Part shown: positions 35,609 through 41,908 of the stretch, one piece after another
How positions within the stretch are numbered: the first letter of the stretch is position 1
Layout of the letters: each line of letters opens with the position of its first letter
Origin: a virus
Reading direction: 5' to 3' (one strand)
DNA: 41,908 bases
IMG/VR virus record: IMGVR_UViG_3300024265_000023
Span: 1-41,908 of that record
Notes under the pieces: generated by a model
Database searches by the model: none
Told to the model about the DNA's origin: nothing
What the model saw: only the letters and a program-made list of their open reading frames with translations
Made by a program: the position numbers and the translations under genes

Positions 35609-37142
35609 ACTCCGTTATCGCAAAGGCCTGCTGACTAGGTTGCCTTGCACCTTCATTAAATTGATCATAAAGCGTATGGGATTGAGGTTGTGCCAGGATA
35701 TGCCGACTCTTTTTCACTACAGGATGAGCAAATGTTAAACCTAAAGACATTAAGCAATCAGGAGAGGCAAGCCCCCTGCCCTTCATATCCTCTGCCCTTT
35801 CAAGTTGCATTTGCTCTGCTGGATTAAAGAAATACTCCGGGCCTGTTATATCATCCCTTAATTCATTGTCATCAGGGATAGCCCCACCATTGGTAAGCCA
35901 ATTTTTTACACCGCCAACCATTTCAATACGTTTATTAAAATAAGTCTGTTTATCATCTGATGATCCACCGAACCAGATACCGGTTACATAATCTTCGTAT
36001 CCCCACCCAATAAGAAGATCATAAATAGCAGCACCTGTATTGCCCATATCAAGGAAAACTTGATCAGGCAACCAATCTTTAATTATTTGTGCGATCAATC
36101 CTGCAACAGTCAAAGAGTCAAGTTTTGCAAGCTTAGTTAATCCATAACTTGCAAGACCCTGCCTTTTAATAAAGACGGTCTTATCATCACCGAACCTGGC
36201 AATATCAACCCCAAGTATTTTAGGCATTGAAATATATTGAGATGGATGGATAACCTTTCCCATTGCAGCCTCAACAATATCAGTACCAATAAACTGCTTT
36301 GTGCCGGCTGAAGGTTCTTGACCAAGAATACGGACTTTAACAAAATCAGAATCAATGCCATAGAATTCAATTTGATCTTTGATAAGTTCTTTATCTGTTC
36401 TCTTTGATGTACGGGCATCAATTTCGTATGTGATCCAGAACTTACGCCTTTTCTTGAAACATTCTGAAAAGCGGCCGGTTGCCTGGGTAGGATTACCAAA
36501 GACAATCCATAATTTCAAGCCATTGGGCTCAGTCATGGCACCCTCGGTAACTTCCCATATCCCATCAAAGATCTGACTTGCCTCATCAAACTTCATCATC
36601 AAATATTTTTCATGGGTGCCGGCAAAGGCCTGGGTATTATGCTTTGACCATGGGATTGCCTGAGTATACCAAGTATTGGGCCTGCCTTTAAAAATTAACT
36701 TTGTTGCCGTCCAGGTGAACCAATGGGCATTGATAAGAAGTTCTTTCCACTTTGCATTCTCACGCCATGTTTTTGTTCTGAGTTGGGTATCAGTATTTGC
36801 AGTCGTGATACATTGCGGATCAGGATGGCAGGATGCAAACCAATGATCAAGCCATGCCATTAAAGCTGATTTGCCGATCCCGTGGCCGGACCTGACTGCA
36901 AGCCATATCCTGCCGTTCTTTATCTCAATCCGGACACCATTGTTCATAACCCATCCATGGGTCAGGGCGTGCCCGATATCTTTTAGAACCTTAGTTTGCC
37001 ATTCATCCGGACCGGTTTCATTTTCAAGGGGAGTCCCGGGCTCACCCCAGGGATAAGCGAACATGACAAAGCCATAAGGATCACGGACAAATCCGCATAT
37101 GTCCTTTTGTAGTTGGGCTTCTATGTCAATGGCTGCTGTCAT
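35589..37142 (-). CDS. terL: Terminase large subunit
   Basis: Walker A-like SGHGIGKS and Walker B MMKFDEAS. Start placed at ATG 37142 (AAGGAG RBS) because a terminator hairpin occupies the upstream extension. Confidence 0.85.
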   Translation of the reverse strand: MTAAIDIEAQLQKDICGFVRDPYGFVMFAYPWGEPGTPLENETGPDEWQTKVLKDIGHALTHGWVMNNGVRIEIKNGRIWLAVRSGHGIGKSALMAWLDHWFASCHPDPQCITTANTDTQLRTKTWRENAKWKELLINAHWFTWTATKLIFKGRPNTWYTQAIPWSKHNTQAFAGTHEKYLMMKFDEASQIFDGIWEVTEGAMTEPNGLKLWIVFGNPTQATGRFSECFKKRRKFWITYEIDARTSKRTDKELIKDQIEFYGIDSDFVKVRILGQEPSAGTKQFIGTDIVEAAMGKVIHPSQYISMPKILGVDIARFGDDKTVFIKRQGLASYGLTKLAKLDSLTVAGLIAQIIKDWLPDQVFLDMGNTGAAIYDLLIGWGYEDYVTGIWFGGSSDDKQTYFNKRIEMVGGVKNWLTNGGAIPDDNELRDDITGPEYFFNPAEQMQLERAEDMKGRGLASPDCLMSLGLTFAHPVVKKSRHILAQPQSHTLYDQFNEGARQPSQQAFAITEYDIFDN

Positions 37143-37160
37143 AATCTCCTTGTCGGGCAT

Positions 37161-37202
37161 AAAAAAAGAGGCATTGTGATGATGTGGCACCACATTGCCT
37201 CT
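37161..37202 (-). terminator. Rho-independent terminator directly upstream of terL
   Basis: Minus sense: AGAGGCAATGTG, a 12-nt loop, CACAATGCCTCT (one mismatch), then TTTTTT. Confidence 0.6.
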
Positions 37203-37276
37203 TTTAATATCTTGCGCAGGCGTTGCTCCGTCGAACTTGGCCCGGACCCTTTATTTATTATTACATATTTAGCCTA

Positions 37277-37621
37277 TCACATCCCCTGATAACAAGCCAT
37301 ATTAAGTCTTGCTATTAAATCAACAACATCGTCTTTTTCATATATTGCAAAAAGTTGATCAAATTTATAAAGACCATCCCTTTCTTCGCAATTGAAATAA
37401 AGTTTTATAGACTCACCCTTTTCAGCAAGTTCACATTTATTTGCAAAATCATCAGAACCTTCATCTTTTATATTACCTATTAAATCATGGTACCTAAAAT
37501 CGTCTAAATCTTTGATTGATTCTGTTTTTATCGAAAAACCATGGAAGCAATGAGGTTCATACTTTGAAAATAAAGTCCCATCAGGAAGATCAAGAAATGT
37601 TTTTAAATTAACTATTTTCAT
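37277..37621 (-). CDS. Hypothetical protein (114 aa)
   Basis: ORF track. ATGA-type overlap with the upstream gene. Confidence 0.55.
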   Translation of the reverse strand: MKIVNLKTFLDLPDGTLFSKYEPHCFHGFSIKTESIKDLDDFRYHDLIGNIKDEGSDDFANKCELAEKGESIKLYFNCEERDGLYKFDQLFAIYEKDDVVDLIARLNMACYQGM

Positions 37622-37800
37622 TTAACAAGCTCCGGAGCCTTCTTAAATATCCCCGCAATTGCTTTAATGATATTCACGACATCATCACCGCCGAGAGTGC
37701 CAATGGAAACAGTCACAGTAAAAAAAATCATTATCAAAGCAAATATAAGGATAATACCGATTATGATAAACCGTCTTGTTTTTGGTTCAAACATTGCCAC
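37618..37800 (-). CDS. Small membrane protein (60 aa)
   Basis: Hydrophobic core RRFIIIGIILIFALIMIFFTVTV. GTG or ATG start. Confidence 0.5.
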   Translation of the reverse strand: MAMFEPKTRRFIIIGIILIFALIMIFFTVTVSIGTLGGDDVVNIIKAIAGIFKKAPELVK

Positions 37801-37812
37801 AATTCACCGCCT

Positions 37813-38184
37813 TTATTCTGAACACTGGTAAAGAGTTTTCTTCCGGTCTTTCTTGATAAATTTCTTGGGCTCAATATTCATTGATCCCATTATCAAATAC
37901 ATATTTTCCTGAAGATTATCAATTCTATCAATAGCATCTGCCGTTATTCCTGATTCTCTTTCTATGATATTATGTATTGACCTTCGCCTTTCAAGACATA
38001 CTGGATTTGAAACCAAATTCAAACCACCTTTTTCTTCAAACATGATATTATTCTGATTTTTATCTGATCTTTCAATCCTTTTTATTTTGTATCTTAATCC
38101 TGCCCATATAACAGTGATAGATGTTATCCATCCAATCAATATCAACCCTGTTTTTATGTCAATAGCAACAAAAGATCCCATCAT
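37813..38184 (-). CDS. Membrane-anchored protein (123 aa)
   Basis: N-terminal transmembrane segment GLILIGWITSITVIWAGL. Confidence 0.5.
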   Translation of the reverse strand: MMGSFVAIDIKTGLILIGWITSITVIWAGLRYKIKRIERSDKNQNNIMFEEKGGLNLVSNPVCLERRRSIHNIIERESGITADAIDRIDNLQENMYLIMGSMNIEPKKFIKKDRKKTLYQCSE

Positions 38185-38744
38185 TTATTCCTCTTGTGAG
38201 CTTCTACCAACCTAGCCCCAAGATCAGCCAGGTTTGTGATTTCAATTTTCTGATCTGCATACATTCCCTTTACCTTGAAAGCCATGTCCAGTGATCTTCT
38301 TTGGATTTCATTGGCTTCCATATTAACACCAAGTACGGTTTGATATTCTGTGTATTTATCACCCTGAGCATTCAGCTTTTCATTCTCTGTTTTCGCAATG
38401 ACAATGCAGTTAACGGGGATTTCATCGTCTGTTAATTCGCCTTTGATGGTAATAAGTTTGGTTTCTTTGATATCCAGGAGAGAAAGAAGTTTTATTTTAA
38501 GTGAATTTTCACTCAATCCATTCTCATCAAGCCACTGATTTATCCTTTCACTTAGCTTCCTGTAGTTCTGACAGCCTATTGACGTAAAGCAGTTATCATC
38601 CTTGCAATTATAGCGGGCAACCCGGGAAGATTCAGTTTTATTCAGGAATGTTTTTTGATTTTCTTCATCAAGATAGGCCCTTAACCAGGGGAGTAATTTT
38701 CCAGTTAGGCCATGGAAGATTGATTTTGTTTTCTCTTGTCCCAT
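38181..38744 (-). CDS. Candidate terminase small subunit (Terminase_2-like)
   Basis: FLNKTESSRVARYNCKD...CQNYRKLSERINQWL and C-terminal RRSLDMAFKVKGMYAD resemble the family pattern from memory. Confidence 0.45.
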   Translation of the reverse strand: MGQEKTKSIFHGLTGKLLPWLRAYLDEENQKTFLNKTESSRVARYNCKDDNCFTSIGCQNYRKLSERINQWLDENGLSENSLKIKLLSLLDIKETKLITIKGELTDDEIPVNCIVIAKTENEKLNAQGDKYTEYQTVLGVNMEANEIQRRSLDMAFKVKGMYADQKIEITNLADLGARLVEAHKRNK

Positions 38745-38819
38745 AAACCACTCGTAAAAAATTAAATAATGCCTTATGGTATTTTATATTTTTTTGGATT
38801 GCAAGTATTTTTTATTTGT

Positions 38820-39584
38820 TCAAACTAACTTCCTCCAAATATTTTGGATACCAACAATATCATGATCCTTTATCCCATCAGTACCAAGTTCACCAAAATC
38901 ATAAACACGGCCTTTTACACGGTCTTTGAATCTTTCCCACCAGGATATATCATGATGCAAATTACCGGGTTCATCGAGATAATTGAGATTGATATGTTTT
39001 ACATGGCCATAACCCATAAATCGAGTAGGAACCCTGCAAACAATATCATTGTTATTGATCACATGATAAATATTGTGGCCATGTATAGTTCCAAATTTAT
39101 CAGCTGCTTCTTTGCTCATGCTTCTGGGCGGTTCAACAGGAATACAAAGATGGTTTGCATCTGGAAGAAGAAAACACCGTCTTGAAAAATAAAGTTCTGC
39201 AACAGCTGCACCTTGGGAATGCCCTGTAAAAATAATTTGCTTTCCGGATATGATATTTTTTAATAACGAGCTTGAAATTGCATGAATAACAGACATGGTA
39301 TCTTTCCAAAAACCTGCATGGACTTTTCCCCATGGACCTTGAACAAATGAACAATTTAGATTTGTTATCCAATCATTAAAACTGTCAAACTGAGTTCCCC
39401 TGGCAGTTACCCATGTCCTGATATCATCTTCACAAATAAAAACTTGTGTGTCAGTTTCTTTATTTTCAATCCATGTAAAATTATCAGCCTGCCCCTGAAT
39501 AGCTTTTTCAATATCGGCATGTTCTTGATATGCCAGTGCTGAAAAATCTATAGCTTTCATGATTGTCTCTTTCATACTATCCAC
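38820..39584 (-). CDS. Class-3 lipase/alpha-beta hydrolase
   Basis: Nucleophile elbow FTGHSQGAAVA (GxSxG). NNDIVCRVP (Asp motif). GYGHV. Confidence 0.7.
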   Translation of the reverse strand: MDSMKETIMKAIDFSALAYQEHADIEKAIQGQADNFTWIENKETDTQVFICEDDIRTWVTARGTQFDSFNDWITNLNCSFVQGPWGKVHAGFWKDTMSVIHAISSSLLKNIISGKQIIFTGHSQGAAVAELYFSRRCFLLPDANHLCIPVEPPRSMSKEAADKFGTIHGHNIYHVINNNDIVCRVPTRFMGYGHVKHINLNYLDEPGNLHHDISWWERFKDRVKGRVYDFGELGTDGIKDHDIVGIQNIWRKLV

Positions 39585-39967
39585 CTCGCCTTGTTTTGTC
39601 TAACATCTAAATGATTTCTATTCCAATACAACCCGAGACCGTATTTATCAGGATATTTTTTATCTAAAATTTTATGGATCAATTCAGAGGAGACCTGTTT
39701 GCCTGTCTCAGTTATAAAAATTTTATAGTCGGCTGCAATAGAGTCCGGGTGGGTTGAATCCTTGTACCCTTTCTCGTGTCCGTTCCAGTATGGGCAGCGG
39801 TTACCGGATTTAATAACAATATAAACATCTTCAACAATAAGCAGCCTAATTAATTCAGCCTCAAGACAGGAGAAGATGGTTATAAGCTCATAATCAATTG
39901 TATTCAGACCACATCCACAATTACATTCAAATTCTGACCGGTTGAAGTTTTTGTTTAAATCACCCAT
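39572..39967 (-). CDS. Peptidase M15A-type endolysin
   Basis: FNRSEFECNCGCG, SGNRCPYWN...STHPDSIAADY and NHLDVR supply the H-D-H zinc ligand pattern. Confidence 0.75.
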   Translation of the reverse strand: MGDLNKNFNRSEFECNCGCGLNTIDYELITIFSCLEAELIRLLIVEDVYIVIKSGNRCPYWNGHEKGYKDSTHPDSIAADYKIFITETGKQVSSELIHKILDKKYPDKYGLGLYWNRNHLDVRQNKARWIV

Positions 39968-40064
39968 TGCAAAATCCTTTCTATATTTATGGTTTCATTA
40001 TTTGTAATCATGACACCGTTAATATTTAATTCACTTGTGCGTAGCCATCAAGTGCAATGGCTTA

Positions 40065-40199
40065 TTATTTTTCGTGTTTATTGTTTACACATATGTAAGA
40101 AATAATTGCTATTATGCCAATAACAAACATTGAGTTTACTATTGCACCTAAGCCATGAGATATCGCTTGAGCAATTAACTTAGCTGATTCTATTTCCAT
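40065..40199 (-). CDS. Small single-pass membrane protein (44 aa); holin candidate by position
   Basis: ATG 40199 behind GGAGA. Sequence MEIESAKLIAQAISHGLGAIVNSMFVIGIIAIISYICVNNKHEK. The longer version would read through GC-rich repeat copy C. Confidence 0.45.
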   Translation of the reverse strand: MEIESAKLIAQAISHGLGAIVNSMFVIGIIAIISYICVNNKHEK

Positions 40200-40221
40200 T
40201 TTAAATTCTCCTTGTAGAAAA

Positions 40222-40299
40222 ATAATGGCCCGGTTGAGGTGCGGGCTGTATTTGCCAGCTCCAACCGGATTGTTCTGCTGCGCTGTGCAATGTTTCACT
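40222..40299 (-). ncRNA. GC-rich structured repeat element, copy C (truncated, 76-78 nt)
   Basis: Identical to 1927-2004. Lacks the distal arm of the 15-bp helix. Ends 11 nt before the GGAGA RBS of the gene at 40199. Confidence 0.5.
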
Positions 40300-40450
40300 G
40301 ATAACTCTAATAATTCCGGGTGGCAGTCTGGGGATCTATGTATACTCGAACAGCCAACCCAAAACCAATATAACCACCACCCAAACAATCCATTCCATAA
40401 AACCCCCTTATGTCATTATCGTTAGTAATGAATCTATTTTATTGGCGGTT

Positions 40451-40984
40451 TTATACCGCATCACATTCTATCAGATATTTGTGAAACTTTTCATTCCAGA
40501 TTGCATCAACCAAGGCATTGTGTTCTCCTTTTGGTTCCGGGTATTTAGCTTTTGGGAAAATAGGTTCATCCGCTAACTGTTTTAAGTCTCTGCAATACAT
40601 GGGCCAACCCTTTGGCAAGTCAATCATTGATCCGAACAACCAACAAAATACAACCCAATCATAATCAGCGTAATATCCCCAAAATTCAGGCTCATCATCG
40701 CCTATAAAAGTTAGGAGAGAATCTCTAATAAGATCCAATGTTCCAAAAACTTCGTAAATTTTAATTCCAAGATGTGCATTACACCACCCTTTACCGCAAT
40801 CAACTTTTTTGTACCATCTGAGTTTTGCAATAACATTTTCCATCACCCAATCAGAAGCCTTGCGTTCATCAAAACAGGTTGACTCTGCATAAAATGTCCG
40901 GCCATCTTCGCACTTGATACCGATTGAAATTAAATCAATTGTGTTTGGTGCTTCGATAAATTCTGTGTCAATGTAGTATTTCAT
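40451..40984 (-). CDS. DEDDh 3'-5' exonuclease (Rv2179c-like)
   Basis: MKYYIDTEFIE (Exo I), YADYDW (Exo II-like), HNALVDA (Exo III). Start moved to ATG 40984 behind AAGGAG. Confidence 0.75.
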   Translation of the reverse strand: MKYYIDTEFIEAPNTIDLISIGIKCEDGRTFYAESTCFDERKASDWVMENVIAKLRWYKKVDCGKGWCNAHLGIKIYEVFGTLDLIRDSLLTFIGDDEPEFWGYYADYDWVVFCWLFGSMIDLPKGWPMYCRDLKQLADEPIFPKAKYPEPKGEHNALVDAIWNEKFHKYLIECDAV

Positions 40985-41182
40985 ATTAATGCTCCTTTTT
41001 TTGACCGGACCCCTTGTCTTTAAAGGGACCCGCCGTTTTTTTCCACTCAAAAAACTGATTTTTCTGTCAGAAATTTGACATACTATATTTTTCGTTTAAA
41101 AAGTGTCTCACCCAATATTTTCCCTTGATACACTTTTTCTTTAAAAATGGTGTCATGATATATGATAATGTATTCATTTTAA

Positions 41183-41908
41183 TTATTTTATTGCAACAAA
41201 ATCTCCATTCTTCAGTTTATAAAGGGTATCCTCTTTCAAAACTTCACCATCAATTATGGCCGATTTTACACAAAAAGGAATATATCTTTCTTTGGTATCA
41301 TCATATTTCCATTCAGCAAGAGTTATCCAATTTCCTTTTTTAGCTTTTATTTTTGAATCAAAGCCAATCGATGCACAAACACTATCAAGGCCTTCAACTT
41401 CGATATGAGCAGAATCACCAGATGAACCGATCTTAGCAGAATAACCAGATGAACCGATCTTAGCAGAATCACCAGATGAACCGATCTGAGCATAATCACC
41501 AGATGAACCGATCTGAGCATAATAACCAGATGAACCGATCTGAGCAGAATCACCAGATGAACCGATCTGAGCAGAATCACCAGATGAACCGATCTTAGCA
41601 GAATCACCAGATGAACCGATCTTAGCATAATCACCAGATGAACCGATCTTAGCAGAATCACCAGATGAACCGATCTTAGCATAATCACCAGATGAACCGA
41701 TCTTAGCAGAATCACCAGATGAACCGATCTGAGCAGAATCACCAGATGAACCGATCTTAGCATAATAACCAGATGAACCGATCTTAGCAGAATCACCAGA
41801 TGAACCGATCTGAGCAGAATCACCAGATGAACCGATCTTAGCATAATAACCAGATGAACCGATCTTAGCAGAATCACCAGATGAACCGATCTTAGCAGAA
41901 TCACCAGA
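41183..41908 (-). CDS. 3' part of the split repeat-protein gene: 9-aa repeats plus a 76-aa C-terminal domain
   Basis: Hand translation in the SAQIGSSGD frame continues as ...SAHIEVEGLDSVCASIGFDSKIKAKKGNWITLAEWKYDDTKERYIPFCVKSAIIDGEVLKEDTLYKLKNGDFVAIK, ending at TAA (41185-41183). Confidence 0.75.
   Translation of the reverse strand, partial: SGDSAKIGSSGDSAKIGSSGYYAKIGSSGDSAQIGSSGDSAKIGSSGYYAKIGSSGDSAQIGSSGDSAKIGSSGDYAKIGSSGDSAKIGSSGDYAKIGSSGDSAKIGSSGDSAQIGSSGDSAQIGSSGYYAQIGSSGDYAQIGSSGDSAKIGSSGYSAKIGSSGDSAHIEVEGLDSVCASIGFDSKIKAKKGNWITLAEWKYDDTKERYIPFCVKSAIIDGEVLKEDTLYKLKNGDFVAIK
41414..41908. repeat. 18 units plus 9 bp of the 27-bp tandem repeat
   Basis: Direct reading. The unit is atNaccagatgaaccgatctNagcaNa. 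Confidence 0.95.

Larger units (their letters stand above)
1..41908. mobile_element. Essentially complete temperate tailed-phage genome (podovirus-like head/tail module) whose window ends overlap
   Basis: Terminase, portal, scaffold, capsid, tail, lysis, replication and integrase genes are all present. Bases 1-117 are identical to 41792-41908. Confidence 0.8.

Noticed and set aside
37213-37250. tRNA-like fragment (AGTTCGACG) in the GC patch upstream of terL
   Set aside because: No acceptor, D or anticodon stems can be drawn around it on either strand.
40043-40062. Hairpin AGCCAT-caagtgca-ATGGCT near the stop of the 44-aa gene
   Set aside because: The T-run lies on the plus strand, where nothing is transcribed toward it. 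On the minus strand no U tract follows, and the stem is only 6 bp.
41347-41904. Track ORF of 185 aa reading (I/M)LLRSVHLV repeats through the tandem array
   Set aside because: This is the second open frame of the array. The SAQIGSSGD frame joins in frame to a well-formed N-terminal domain with an RBS (540) and to a C-terminal domain ending at 41183. The LLRSVHLV frame has neither and gives an implausible hydrophobic repeat. I treat it as a frame artefact of the repeat.
41414-41908. Possible CRISPR array, suggested by the regular 27-bp periodicity
   Set aside because: The units are directly adjacent with no spacers, lie inside an ORF and have no cas genes nearby. This is a coding tandem repeat.

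Overview
This AT-rich 41.9-kb window reads as one essentially complete temperate tailed-phage genome. Bases 1-117 are identical to 41792-41908, so the contig closes on itself. The closure point lies inside a 27-bp tandem array that belongs to a single gene split across the window ends. About 36 kb is transcribed on the minus strand and wraps through the junction. In transcription order it runs from the Cro-like HTH, replication initiator, DnaC-like loader and C5-methyltransferase (5014 down to 1), through the repeat protein, DEDDh exonuclease and lysis cassette (M15 peptidase plus class-3 lipase), to TerS-like, TerL, portal, scaffold, capsid and cement-like genes. It then continues through tail and spike genes, a 2220-aa polyvalent protein and two distal fibre/spike genes, ending at 10240. 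A 5-kb plus-strand island (5160-10121) starts at a divergent promoter region. It carries an SSB-like tandem-OB protein, a Tat-signal protein, zinc-ribbon mini-proteins, a Gp37/Gp68 (DUF5131) protein, an ASCH-like protein, an HNH nuclease and a tyrosine integrase. I found no rRNA, tRNA, CRISPR array or reverse transcriptase. The main items for follow-up are: (1) a GC-rich structured element of 76-113 nt present in three exact copies just upstream of minus-strand genes; (2) the near-perfect 27-bp array encoding [S/Y]A[Q/K]IGSSG[D/Y] repeats; (3) Sec-type signal peptides on five consecutive tail-module proteins; (4) a Cys-X5-Arg phosphatase inside the virion module; (5) a polyvalent giant protein with ART-like and HExxH domains; (6) a lipase beside the endolysin; (7) 12-bp iteron-like repeats inside the replication initiator gene. 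All functional calls rest on motifs read by eye and on synteny; no database search was run.
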